NCBI RefSeq assembly: GCF_021568795.1
Contig: NZ_JAKGUE010000015.1
Coordinates: 1-59,943, forward strand
Length of the DNA: 59,943 bases
Origin: Dethiosulfovibrio faecalis
Lineage (GTDB): Bacteria; Synergistota; Synergistia; Synergistales; Dethiosulfovibrionaceae
Direction of reading: 5' to 3'
The notes beneath the pieces were generated by a model. That model saw nothing but the letters and a program-made list of their open reading frames with translations. It had not been told where the DNA came from and made no database searches. Made by a program: the position numbers and the translations under genes. This document shows positions 47,491 through 56,968 of this stretch, in pieces. Positions within the stretch are counted from its first letter, which is position 1. Every line of letters begins with the position of its first letter.

Positions 47491-49479
47491 GTGATAGGTG
47501 TGAGAGTCTTTCTTTATTCTATTCTTTGCTCCGTCCTTTTTACCACGGCATTATGCCCCACCGCCGACTCCGAGGTCAGATCCGGCCAGTACGACGTCAT
47601 AGTTGTCGGTGCGGGATCGGGAGGCACCGCCGCGGCGATCCAGGCCGCCAGATGCGGAGCTTCGGTCGCCCTGGTGGACGAGACCGGCTGGATCGGCGGA
47701 CAGATCACCGCCGCGGCGGTCTCCACAATGGACGACGTGGGACACAACAGATCGGGATTATATCTGGAGTTTATAAGAAGGATCAGAGAAAGCTACGGAG
47801 CGACGGGAACCGACGTCAACATATGCTACTGGGGAAACGACACCATAGCGACGGAGCCCAAGGTGGCAGAAGAGATACTCCTCGATATGCTGAGAGGATC
47901 GGCTCCAGGCAAGGTCGAACTCTTCCTCCACAGGACGCCGGAGGCGGTCCTGACGGAGGGGAATAGGGTCACAGGGGTTATCCTGAAAGACGGCGATTCG
48001 GGAACGATAATGCTCAAAGGGAAGGTCACGATAGATGCAACGGAATGCGGCGATCTGCTTCCAATGACCCCGGCTAGATACAGGGCGGGAAACTCCCTGT
48101 CCACCAACCTGGATATGGACGGGGAGATACAGGACATAACCTGGGTCGCAGTTATAAAGAGCGAGGACTCGGTACCGGAGGAACTGAAGGTAAAGAGACC
48201 GGACGGATACGACAGAGACGTGGGAAGGTTCAGAAGAGTGGTGACCACCGACGGGGCCACCTGGCCGGGACAGGCCCCCTTCGACGTCGCCAGCCACAAA
48301 GCCTACAGGGCCCTTCCTGACAGGGGCAATCCACACAGAATAGAGGGAGGGGAATCGGAGACCTGGCCCTACATAACCAGGACCTGCGTCAACTGGGCCA
48401 ACGACGTTCCCGCCAACGGCCCCGATCACGTGGGACTGACCGTCCGCTACCTGGAGGACAAAGACTACAGACGGCTGGTAAACGGAGAGGCCATCGGCAG
48501 GACGTTGAGGTTCATACACTACGTCCAGACCGAACTGGGCCTGTCCAACTGGACGGTGGACCGGTCTCAGGGATACGGAGAAAGGGGAGATCGTATAAGG
48601 GACAGGGCCCTCTATCTGGACGAGAGCAACGACGCCGTTCTGAGCCACTTTCCACCAATTCCCTACGTCAGGGAGAGTCGAAGGATCGTCGGAATCGAGA
48701 CCATGACGGCCAAGACCGTCGCCAGAGACAGACGACTCGGCCGGGCGGTGGAGAACAGGACGAACTCGATCGCCCTTGGAGAATATCCTCTGGACATCCA
48801 TGGATCCAGGGTCCCAGGAAGCCTGGAATCGGATCTAGGAGAGTCTATGGCCGACTATCCAGGCGAGTGGAGATCCGACGAGGGAGTCTTCCAGGTGCCC
48901 TACGGAGCCCTTATCCCGGAGACGGTGGACGGCCTCTTAGCCGCGGAGAAGAACATATCGGTGTCCAGGCTGGTCAACGGGGCGACGAGACTGCAGCCCA
49001 TAACGATACTGACGGGCCAGGCGGCGGGAGCCATAGCAGCCCTCAGTTCCCTCTCCCACCGAGATCCAAGGGACCTGCCGGTCATATCGGTCCAAGACGT
49101 CCTTTTGAGGGGCAAGAGCGCCCTGTCGCTGTATTCCTTTTTCGACGTCCAGCCGGACCATCCCCATTGGAGGGGCGTCCAGGGAGCGACCCTATACGGA
49201 TACCTTCATCCAATGACGCCGGTGATCTTCGGGACGTCCCTGCCTGTCGAGGAAAGACACATGTCCTACATGATATCCAGAGCCTTCTACGTGAGGGACC
49301 TTGAGGGAGGAGAGCTTTTCGTCTCCAGATCGGACTTCGTGGAAAGACTGAAAAAGACGGCCCCCCGATGGGAACCGTCCTCTATGGAATGGGAAGGACC
49401 ACCGGAAGAGCTGATATCCCGAGGAGAAGCCGTCACAGCCGTCTGGGACGCCCTGGTTCAATCGGTTCCGCTCAGATAG
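47491..49479 (+). CDS. Secreted FAD-dependent oxidoreductase (PF12831-like)
   Basis: Signal peptide, then YDVIVVGAGSGGTAAAIQAARCGASVALVDETGWIGGQ. 662 aa. GTG start. Confidence 0.65.
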   Translation: MIGVRVFLYSILCSVLFTTALCPTADSEVRSGQYDVIVVGAGSGGTAAAIQAARCGASVALVDETGWIGGQITAAAVSTMDDVGHNRSGLYLEFIRRIRESYGATGTDVNICYWGNDTIATEPKVAEEILLDMLRGSAPGKVELFLHRTPEAVLTEGNRVTGVILKDGDSGTIMLKGKVTIDATECGDLLPMTPARYRAGNSLSTNLDMDGEIQDITWVAVIKSEDSVPEELKVKRPDGYDRDVGRFRRVVTTDGATWPGQAPFDVASHKAYRALPDRGNPHRIEGGESETWPYITRTCVNWANDVPANGPDHVGLTVRYLEDKDYRRLVNGEAIGRTLRFIHYVQTELGLSNWTVDRSQGYGERGDRIRDRALYLDESNDAVLSHFPPIPYVRESRRIVGIETMTAKTVARDRRLGRAVENRTNSIALGEYPLDIHGSRVPGSLESDLGESMADYPGEWRSDEGVFQVPYGALIPETVDGLLAAEKNISVSRLVNGATRLQPITILTGQAAGAIAALSSLSHRDPRDLPVISVQDVLLRGKSALSLYSFFDVQPDHPHWRGVQGATLYGYLHPMTPVIFGTSLPVEERHMSYMISRAFYVRDLEGGELFVSRSDFVERLKKTAPRWEPSSMEWEGPPEELISRGEAVTAVWDALVQSVPLR

Positions 49480-50639
49480 GAGTCCATGGTCTCGACAACC
49501 TTCTTGGAGAAACGCACCGCCTCAACGACGGTCTTCGCTCCGGTCACTACGTCGCCGGAGGCGAAGACCCCCTCTCTGGAGGTACGACCGGAATCGTCGG
49601 CGACGAGAAAATCCTCTCTGGTCTCTATGCCGTCCCTGCTGGATCCTATGAGAGACCGGGGCCCCTGGCTGACCGCCACTATCACCGACTCGCAGGGGAA
49701 GAAGTCCTCCTCGCCGTCTCTAGCGAAACGAACTCCCTTGGATGTTATCGCGACGGGCGTGCTCTCCAGGATGAAATCGACCCCGTCGATCTGGGCGTAT
49801 TCCACCTCGATCTTGCGGGCCGGCATCTCCTCCCAGCCCTTTCGGTACATCACGGTGACATGGGAGACTCCCTTGCGGACGGCGGTCCTTGCGACATCCA
49901 TGGCGGTGTTGCCGGCCCCTATCACGCACAGGGCTCGACCCAGACGATAGACATCCGGGTTCTTCAGATAATCTATGGCGAAATGACAGTTACCCAAGGA
50001 TTCCCCCGGTATTCCCAGCCCCTTGGGCCTCCACACGCCGGTCCCTACGAACACGGCGGAGAAACCGTCCCTAAACAGATCGTCCAGACTCAGGGTCGTA
50101 CCGATGGTGGTATTGGGCCTTATTACGACTCCGAGCTTCCTTAGGTTGGCCTCCAGACCGTCGATCAGGTCCTTGGGAAGGCGGAACTCGGGAATTCCGT
50201 AACGCATCACTCCCCCGATCTGGTCCTTTCCCTCGTAGATGGTTATGGAATACCCCCTCAAAGCCAGAAGAAAGGCTATGGTTATCCCGGCGGGACCGGA
50301 GCCGACTATGGCGACGGACTTGCCCTTCTTCGGCAGGGGCTCCAGATCCATGACGTTCATGTAGAACGACGATATGTAGTGTTCTATGTCGCTTATCCTT
50401 ATGGGAGCTCCTTTGCGTCCGAGCACGCAGTGCCCCTCGCACTGACGCTCCTGAGGGCACACTATGGAACACACCACCGAGAGGGGGTTGTTCTGGAACA
50501 GGGTCCTTCCGGCGGAAACTATCTGGCCGTCCACCAACATCCTTATCATGTCCGGTATGGCGGTGTTCACCGGACAGCCCTTGACGCAGGCTCCGCACCT
50601 TATACAGCGACGAGCCTCCTCCAGTATGTGCATCTCCAT
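49458..50639 (-). CDS. NAD(P)H-dependent oxidoreductase, glutamate synthase small-subunit (GltD)/NfnB/SudA-like, with N-terminal Fe-S Cys cluster
   Basis: CIRCGACVKGC...CPQERQCEGHC, followed by FAD/NAD Rossmann motifs VAIVGSGPAGI and CVIGAGNTAMD. Confidence 0.75.
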   Translation of the reverse strand: MEMHILEEARRCIRCGACVKGCPVNTAIPDMIRMLVDGQIVSAGRTLFQNNPLSVVCSIVCPQERQCEGHCVLGRKGAPIRISDIEHYISSFYMNVMDLEPLPKKGKSVAIVGSGPAGITIAFLLALRGYSITIYEGKDQIGGVMRYGIPEFRLPKDLIDGLEANLRKLGVVIRPNTTIGTTLSLDDLFRDGFSAVFVGTGVWRPKGLGIPGESLGNCHFAIDYLKNPDVYRLGRALCVIGAGNTAMDVARTAVRKGVSHVTVMYRKGWEEMPARKIEVEYAQIDGVDFILESTPVAITSKGVRFARDGEEDFFPCESVIVAVSQGPRSLIGSSRDGIETREDFLVADDSGRTSREGVFASGDVVTGAKTVVEAVRFSKKVVETMDSYLSGTD

Positions 50640-50762
50640 GGCTTTCTCTCCTTATTTATACGATATACACCGAAAGGATTTCAGCATCATACCTCAGGTC
50701 CGTCGAATTGCCAATCTTACTTTAACATAAAGATAGCTATCACATACACAAAGATCCGACCG

Positions 50763-51521
50763 TCACTGAATCCACCTCTTTTTTATGGACCTGAGACTCA
50801 CGATGAAAAGCAGCGAAGCGAACCCGACCAGTGCCAGCCAATCCACCGGAACAGGTATGAGCCCTTCGCCCTCCAGTATCCACCTCATCAGGTCGACCCC
50901 ATAGGTAAGGGGCAACATGTAGGAGAGGGGACGGAGGAACACCGGCAGGCTGGAGACGGGAAAGAAGAGCCCGCAGAGAAACAGCATGGGAAAGCGGAAG
51001 AAGTTCGAGAGGGTCTGGGCCTCGAATACCTCTTTAACCGAAACGGCTATGAAAAGCCCCATGAAGGTGCAGACGACGGAAAGCACCGAACCGGCCGCCA
51101 GGATGGAGGGCACCGACGCCCCGGAAAGATCGTAGAAAAACGACGCCATCCAGAAGGGTATCATGCAGTTCAACAACCCGAAGGCTATGGCTCCGGAGGT
51201 CTTGGCCGCCATAAGCATCTCCAGAGGGAGAGGAGCCAGAAGAAGTCGATCGAAGGACCGTCCCTTCCTCTCGAAGGTCACGGTTACCGCCAACATGGAC
51301 GTCGTACCGAACAGGACGGACAGGGACATTATCCCCGGGAGGAGAGCCCTAACGTCCTCCATTGAACCTCCCGATCGGATCAGAAACATGGCGGTCCAGG
51401 CAAGGGGAAAGAGGATCCCCCAGCTGATGTTCGGGGGCTTGAGGTAATAGGCCCTGACGTCTTTGACGAGAATATTCCAGTAGGCTATCCACCATGAGGG
51501 TCTTATACCGGCTCTCATCAT
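50763..51521 (-). CDS. ABC-2 type transporter permease
   Basis: 252 aa, 6 TM, ABC-2 profile. 4-nt overlap with the ATPase. Confidence 0.7.
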   Translation of the reverse strand: MMRAGIRPSWWIAYWNILVKDVRAYYLKPPNISWGILFPLAWTAMFLIRSGGSMEDVRALLPGIMSLSVLFGTTSMLAVTVTFERKGRSFDRLLLAPLPLEMLMAAKTSGAIAFGLLNCMIPFWMASFFYDLSGASVPSILAAGSVLSVVCTFMGLFIAVSVKEVFEAQTLSNFFRFPMLFLCGLFFPVSSLPVFLRPLSYMLPLTYGVDLMRWILEGEGLIPVPVDWLALVGFASLLFIVSLRSIKKRWIQ

Positions 51522-52468
51522 CGTTCATCCTCCATCTCCGCCACCTGTAAAAAGACATCCTCCAGGGTAGACGCGATCCTCCGGGCCTCCAGAACCTCGA
51601 AGCCTCCGTCCTCCAGCGTTCTGACCATCGCCCCCACCGACAAGTAAACCTCGGACCTGGCCGTAACGGCACCCCGTCCGGACGGCTCGAACGAGACGGC
51701 CGGGAATGCCGATCGGAGGATGGATTCGGCCGAGGCGTCCCCTTCCCCGTCGAATCGTAGAAGTATGGCCTCTCCCTTTCGGTCTTTTTTGAGCAAACCC
51801 TCCATGGTGTCGGTGAGGACGATTCTACCGGAACGGATGAAAGCCACCCTATCGCAGAGCCTCTCTGCCTCCTCCAGATAGTGGGTCGTCAGAAACACGG
51901 TGGTTCCGTTCTCGTTCAGAGCCCTTATCATCGAACGAATGGTCCTGGCGCTGACGACGTCTATGCCGGTGGTCGGCTCGTCCAGAAAGAGCACCGAAGG
52001 CCTGTGGATCACCCCGGCGGCTATGGTCAGCCTGCGTCCCATTCCCTTCGAGTACCCTCCGAAACGTCTTTTCGCCGCATCTGCAAGGCCGACTGTATCG
52101 AGAAGCTCTTTAGCCCTGGCAATCCTCTCTTTTTTTCTCATTCCGTAGAGGGCTCCGCAAAAACAGAGGTTCTCGAAGCCGGTGAGCTCCGGATAAAGGG
52201 AGCTTTCGTCCGGGACCACCCCTATTAGGTGCTGGACCGGTTTTCTGTCCGACGTACAGTCCAGGCCTCCTAGCTCTATACTGCCTCCGTCCGGACGGGC
52301 CAGGCCGGTAAGCATGTTTATGGTCGTGGTCTTTCCCGCTCCGTTCGGCCCCAGAAAACCGAAGATCTCCCCCTTCTCCACCTCGAAGGAAACTCCCTTC
52401 ACGGCTTCCACCGATCCGAAGGACTTCGAAAGCCCTTTTACCTTTATTTCCGGATTTATCAAGAACAA
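51518..52468 (-). CDS. ABC transporter ATP-binding protein (ABC-2/DrrA-like exporter ATPase)
   Basis: Walker A GPNGAGKTTT, signature YSKGMGRRL, Walker B LFLDEPTTGID, and a C-terminal accessory domain. Confidence 0.85.
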   Translation of the reverse strand: MFLINPEIKVKGLSKSFGSVEAVKGVSFEVEKGEIFGFLGPNGAGKTTTINMLTGLARPDGGSIELGGLDCTSDRKPVQHLIGVVPDESSLYPELTGFENLCFCGALYGMRKKERIARAKELLDTVGLADAAKRRFGGYSKGMGRRLTIAAGVIHRPSVLFLDEPTTGIDVVSARTIRSMIRALNENGTTVFLTTHYLEEAERLCDRVAFIRSGRIVLTDTMEGLLKKDRKGEAILLRFDGEGDASAESILRSAFPAVSFEPSGRGAVTARSEVYLSVGAMVRTLEDGGFEVLEARRIASTLEDVFLQVAEMEDER

Positions 52469-53151
52469 TCCCCTCCTTTAGCGTCCAAAAGCCTGTAAAG
52501 ATTGACCGGACGACCTACGTCCCTATGAAGAGGCTCTACCGCAGCCCTGTTTATGGACACGAGATACTCGAGGTATCTCCTCGCTGTTACCCTGGAGACG
52601 CCGGCCCTAACTGCGACCTCGTCGGCCGAGAGGGCCCCATCCTCCCCCATGAGTATTGACCTTACCCGGTCCAGCTGAACCGACCCCAACCCCTTGGGAA
52701 GACATCTGTCCCTCTTCTCCCGAGATCCTCTCCTCATTATCCTGTCTATGGCTCCCTGGTCAAGGTCTCCCTTTTGTGCCCAATATAAAAGGTAGCCCTC
52801 CATAGCCTCTTTGAATCTCTCGTAGGTAAAGGGCTTCACTATATAGTCGAAGGCTCCGAAGCGCATAACGTCCCTGACGGTATCGGTCTCGTGAGCGGCG
52901 GAGACCACTATGACGTCCACGTTTCGACGTCTTCGACGGATTTCGTGCAGTGTCTCCAGACCGTCCAGCTCGGGCATGTAGATGTCCAGGATGACCAGAT
53001 CTACGCTTCTCTGTTCCAGAACCTTCAGGCCGTCCATCCCGTTCGCCCCGAGTCCTACGAGCTCGAAACCTGGTATGGATAGGACGAAACGTTTGTGAAT
53101 ATCCATTACCATCGGGTCGTCCTCGACTATGAGAACCCTTATATCGCTCAC
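52459..53151 (-). CDS. CitB/DcuR-family response regulator (REC + C-terminal HTH), no cognate kinase in window
   Basis: LIVEDDPMV...DLVILDIYMPELDG receiver domain. DYIVKPF and a C-terminal HTH typical of the CitB/DcuR/MalR family. Confidence 0.8.
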   Translation of the reverse strand: MSDIRVLIVEDDPMVMDIHKRFVLSIPGFELVGLGANGMDGLKVLEQRSVDLVILDIYMPELDGLETLHEIRRRRRNVDVIVVSAAHETDTVRDVMRFGAFDYIVKPFTYERFKEAMEGYLLYWAQKGDLDQGAIDRIMRRGSREKRDRCLPKGLGSVQLDRVRSILMGEDGALSADEVAVRAGVSRVTARRYLEYLVSINRAAVEPLHRDVGRPVNLYRLLDAKGGDCS

Positions 53152-53154
53152 GAT

Positions 53155-53508
53155 CTACTCCCTCCGTTCAAAAACACGGCCGTAACCTATATGGCATGAT
53201 CGACTAGAATCAAAGGGATCTTCCGTTATTGTAGATGTATTTAACAAAGGCTCGACAATCTCGCGCCACTTCTCCAAAGTAACTCGATTAATACCATAAT
53301 GGACGAAATACCCCCTTTTGTCGGCTATTACTACGTCCGCATTCCGTAGTATTCGAAGATGCTGAGACACCGCCGCCGCCGAGATCCCCAACTCACGGGC
53401 AATACTGTTTACACACAGAGAACGCTTCTTGAGCAACTTGACGATACGCACTCTTGTCTCAACAGATAAAACCTTGAAAATTCGGGCCATGTCTTCAGGT
53501 CGTTCCAT
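53155..53508 (-). CDS. ArsR/SmtB-family metalloregulatory transcription factor
   Basis: FKVLSVETRVRIVKLL...CVNSIARELGISAAAVSQHLRIL winged HTH. Start refined to MERPEDM, with a GGGGAGG RBS. Confidence 0.75.
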   Translation of the reverse strand: MERPEDMARIFKVLSVETRVRIVKLLKKRSLCVNSIARELGISAAAVSQHLRILRNADVVIADKRGYFVHYGINRVTLEKWREIVEPLLNTSTITEDPFDSSRSCHIGYGRVFERRE

Positions 53509-53555
53509 AAAAACCTCCCCAATTAAGTTATTGCGCATACACTATATATACCCAC

Positions 53556-53596
53556 AAAAAAATCGTCAAGAAGGAACCTCCTTGACGATTTTTTAA
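53556..53596 (-). terminator. Rho-independent terminator ending the 7-gene transporter/GTPase cassette, upstream of arsR
   Basis: ATCGTCAAGAAGG-aac-CTCCTTGACGAT flanked by A6 and T6 runs. Confidence 0.6.
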
Positions 53597-53612
53597 GACC
53601 CAATTTCACGGA

Positions 53613-54665
53613 CTATAGGGAGAAATCGGGAAGAACTTCGAGAGATTCTCCGTTTCGTAGGACTTCCCTACATCGATTCAAAAATCCATCGAGTTTCTCG
53701 AGGGTTTTCATATGTTCATTCTCTTCCTTGGAAGTCTGGAGAATTTTATCGATCCCGCCATTTCTTATACTTATCCTCTGAGATCCCATAAGAGCTAACA
53801 AGGGATCATGAGTAGCGACCAGAACGATCTTATCCCTCCTCACCAGCAGATCCATCGCTCTCTTCCTGTTTATCCCGGCGTTCTCTATCTCGTCTATCAG
53901 GACTATAGGAGACGAACTCAAAAAGGCTGTGTCGGCAATCATAAGAGCCCTAGATTGACCCCCGCTAAGAGCAGTCACCGGAATATCGGGAGAGAAGGAC
54001 TCACCGGCCAAAACATTGGCCTGTTCTATCACAGTACGGACCCTTTCCCTTCTATCCGGGACCATCCTGCTCTCGGCGTGCATGGACACGAACTCTCGAA
54101 CACTCAGATCCATCACGAAATTCATGTTCTGGGAGAGCTGTGCAACCAACTTATGCTCTAGGGAAAAACGCCATTTTCTCAGAGGCTTCTCATCGTCTAT
54201 CAGTATCCGTCTCCCCGTAGGGGTATCGCCCTGGGCCATCCACTCTATATCGGCCAAAAGACGGCTCTTCCCGGAGCCGGTGGGACCAACTATACAGACG
54301 ATTTCACCGGCTTTCATCTCCAACCTTACGTCTTCGGGGACACCGTTTTTATCCTTGCCCCCTAAAACCGTAACCTTTTTAACGGATAAATTTTGTCCTT
54401 TTTTGACGTCCTCCATCCGTTCTATGAACGTTACCAGACGATCTATCAACCCTTCTCTATCGAATCCTATATCCTCGAGAAAAACAGGACTCATCTCGGA
54501 AAAATATTCCTCAACTCTGACACAGGGATCCGCAGGAGGAAGGCCGTTGGCGTCAAAAAAGTCTCTTACGTAGGGATGTTCCTCGAAAAGAAGATCCATT
54601 CTAACATTGCGAAGACAGTAACCCACCGCGATATCCGTTGTTCTCACATCCCTCACTCCAGACAT
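53613..54665 (-). CDS. Atypical ABC-type ATPase with ~110-aa N-terminal extension of unknown function
   Basis: Walker A GPTGSGKS, signature LSGGQSRAL, Walker B VLIDEIENAG, H-loop ATHD. No membrane domain. 350 aa. Confidence 0.6.
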   Translation of the reverse strand: MSGVRDVRTTDIAVGYCLRNVRMDLLFEEHPYVRDFFDANGLPPADPCVRVEEYFSEMSPVFLEDIGFDREGLIDRLVTFIERMEDVKKGQNLSVKKVTVLGGKDKNGVPEDVRLEMKAGEIVCIVGPTGSGKSRLLADIEWMAQGDTPTGRRILIDDEKPLRKWRFSLEHKLVAQLSQNMNFVMDLSVREFVSMHAESRMVPDRRERVRTVIEQANVLAGESFSPDIPVTALSGGQSRALMIADTAFLSSSPIVLIDEIENAGINRKRAMDLLVRRDKIVLVATHDPLLALMGSQRISIRNGGIDKILQTSKEENEHMKTLEKLDGFLNRCREVLRNGESLEVLPDFSL

Positions 54666-55339
54666 ATCTTTCTCACACTGCCCATTTGATGCTCTTTACC
54701 TATCCTCGTCTCGCCAAGACAATAGGAACATAGAGCTGAGGGCATGGCGAAGCGAAGACTCCTGCCTGAGATCGACTCTATCTCCTCCCCCTCCATCAAC
54801 AGAGATACTAGTTCGCAGGCTCCTTGACCGGAGATACCTCCTACATGGAGAACACTACCCCCCGGGTTGGCCTGTCTCACTTTCAGAGCAAAGATTTCCC
54901 TTTCAGCCTGGGACACGATATCCCCCTTCGTGATGACGACGATATCCGCAAGCTTGAGCATGGGACCTATCTTCTTCGGGGTGTTGACCCCCATCAGATT
55001 ATCTATAACACAGACGGCAGTGACTCCTTGTATGTGAGGAGAGCATCTGTTACATAGTCCGGCACTCTCCAGGAACAGCACGTCGAAGGATCTCTCCATT
55101 CCCCAAGAAAGACACTCCTCCACGTTGCTCACGAAAAAATGGTCGGGACAAAGGCTTCCAGAAAGCCCGGTCCTGGCATCCACCCCGTTCCTTTCGTAGA
55201 GTTTTCTGTCTCCAGTGCTAAGACAGTCGAACTTAACAGCCCCTACGGACAGCCCATCTGATTTCATCTCCCAAGCCGCCTTCAGCACCACGGAGGTCTT
55301 TCCCGAAGAAGGAGGACCCGATACGGTTATAACCTTCAA
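54653..55339 (-). CDS. G3E-family P-loop GTPase (UreG/HypB-like metallochaperone) with CxxCxPH motif and Cys-containing C-terminal tail
   Basis: SGPPSSGKTS (G1), LFLESAGLCNRCSPH (ExxG + Cys/His metal motif; compare UreG ETGGCPH and HypB ENVGNLVCP), ITKGD (NKxD-like), and C-terminal CSYCLGE. Confidence 0.55.
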   Translation of the reverse strand: MKVITVSGPPSSGKTSVVLKAAWEMKSDGLSVGAVKFDCLSTGDRKLYERNGVDARTGLSGSLCPDHFFVSNVEECLSWGMERSFDVLFLESAGLCNRCSPHIQGVTAVCVIDNLMGVNTPKKIGPMLKLADIVVITKGDIVSQAEREIFALKVRQANPGGSVLHVGGISGQGACELVSLLMEGEEIESISGRSLRFAMPSALCSYCLGETRIGKEHQMGSVRKICLE

Positions 55340-55376
55340 AATAGCTTCATCCTTTCAAATCGACCCATTGCAGGAC

Positions 55377-56324
55377 CTACCAGACAACTCTCTCTAGAAG
55401 AGTGCCGGCGGTGATTCTGAGAAGCTCCTCGGCGGTCGCCCTTCCCGGATCGACCTTGAAAGGCAGGACTATGACCCTATCTCTTCTCACTGCCTTCAAT
55501 CCGGCCCACCGAGGATCGTTCGCCCATTTCTCCGCAACTCCTCTGCCCTTTTCTGGATCTACGAAAGAAGAAACTATAAATACCACGTCCGGGTCGGACA
55601 CAACGACGGTCTCTACGTCAAAGGGGATAAAACTCTCCCTATTCGATCCAGGGAGTCCATCGGGAACGATGTTCTCGATCCCTAGAGCACGCAGGATAGA
55701 GCCATAAACGGTAGCATTCTGAGCTACTGCCAATCTGTCGCCGTCTTTGACCATGACGGCGCTTCGAACATCCGTTTCCTCTCTTATCCTATCTCTGAGG
55801 GTCTTGGCGATACGCTCGGTTCTATCTGCATATTCCCTGGCTTTTCCCTCTCTGTGAAGCAGTCTGCCAAGAAATAGGACGGAATCCAGCATGGGATTCT
55901 CTCCCATCTTCGCAGGATCTACCAGGAACACGGGAACCCCATCCCGTCGAAGCACTTTGGCTACGTCTCCGTGAAAACGGACATGTCCGATAACTAAAGA
56001 GGGATTCAACCCGTATATCGACTCTATGTCTACATCGGGCTGCCTTCCAACCGATGGCAAAGCCATGCCCTTTTCTCTGATACGATATTCCTCAACCTTG
56101 CCTACGGGGGTTATGCCTATGGCGAAAAGTCCTTCCATAAGCAGAGGGTTCAGGGCTAAAACTTTATCTTTATTCTCGGACACGACAACCTCGTGCCCAA
56201 GATGGTCAACCTCGATCCAGAAGGCGTAAACCCGAGAAGACTGGGCAAAAAAGGACATAGAAAGCAAAATGATAAAAGCGAGCCTCCTCAACCCCTTATC
56301 AAAAAAAACCAAGAGAGAAGTCAT
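55377..56324 (-). CDS. Periplasmic class III substrate-binding protein (BtuF/FhuD/FecB-like)
   Basis: Signal peptide (LAFIILLSMSFFAQSSRVYA), 315 aa, typical two-lobe iron-complex/corrinoid SBP profile. Confidence 0.75.
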   Translation of the reverse strand: MTSLLVFFDKGLRRLAFIILLSMSFFAQSSRVYAFWIEVDHLGHEVVVSENKDKVLALNPLLMEGLFAIGITPVGKVEEYRIREKGMALPSVGRQPDVDIESIYGLNPSLVIGHVRFHGDVAKVLRRDGVPVFLVDPAKMGENPMLDSVLFLGRLLHREGKAREYADRTERIAKTLRDRIREETDVRSAVMVKDGDRLAVAQNATVYGSILRALGIENIVPDGLPGSNRESFIPFDVETVVVSDPDVVFIVSSFVDPEKGRGVAEKWANDPRWAGLKAVRRDRVIVLPFKVDPGRATAEELLRITAGTLLERVVW

Positions 56325-56968
56325 GACAAGCCGCCTCTTTTTCCATCTCCATTTTTATGGATCTCGACCCACTTACCGCTGTCGCCCTCTTCACCCTCTG
56401 ATATCATACGGAAGGAATCCACCCCGGCTTTTTCCAATAGGGCATCCTCTATCATGCGAGAAAAATCCTTGAAACAGGGACGAGTTTCCCCGGATCTTAT
56501 CAATCTATCCCGATTCGCCGCAACTATACGACGCCTCATAGAATCCGGAACATATCTGCCCAGTCCCCCTCCAATTACGGCGACTCCACCAGGCTTCAGT
56601 ATACGGTAGACTTCCGACAGCCCTTTCTCCGGCTCCTCCCAAAACCATATGGAACCCCGACTCATAACAAAATCGGCAAAACCGTCCTCAAAAGGAAGAG
56701 CTTTCACATCGGCCCGGACAAAAAGGGCCTCGTTGTCCGTCTCCGAAACCATGAATCGTTCCTTGGCCGACTGGAGCGCCTCCTCGTTCAGATCGACAAA
56801 ACAGACCGTCATATTCGTGATTTTTGCCAACTCCGTCCCCAGAAAACCAGGACCGGTTCCTATATCCACCGCTATCCCCCTGTTTAAACCGTAATCGTCG
56901 GCAAACTGTTGAACCAAAAAAGGGTAAATCGGCTCCAAAATAGAGTAGAAAACCGAAGGCCTATGCAT
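56321..56968 (-). CDS. Class I SAM-dependent methyltransferase
   Basis: Motif I VDIGTGPGFLG, post-I acidic residue (FVDLNEE), LKPGGVAVIGG. 215 aa. 4-nt overlaps on both sides. Confidence 0.7.
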   Translation of the reverse strand: MHRPSVFYSILEPIYPFLVQQFADDYGLNRGIAVDIGTGPGFLGTELAKITNMTVCFVDLNEEALQSAKERFMVSETDNEALFVRADVKALPFEDGFADFVMSRGSIWFWEEPEKGLSEVYRILKPGGVAVIGGGLGRYVPDSMRRRIVAANRDRLIRSGETRPCFKDFSRMIEDALLEKAGVDSFRMISEGEEGDSGKWVEIHKNGDGKRGGLS

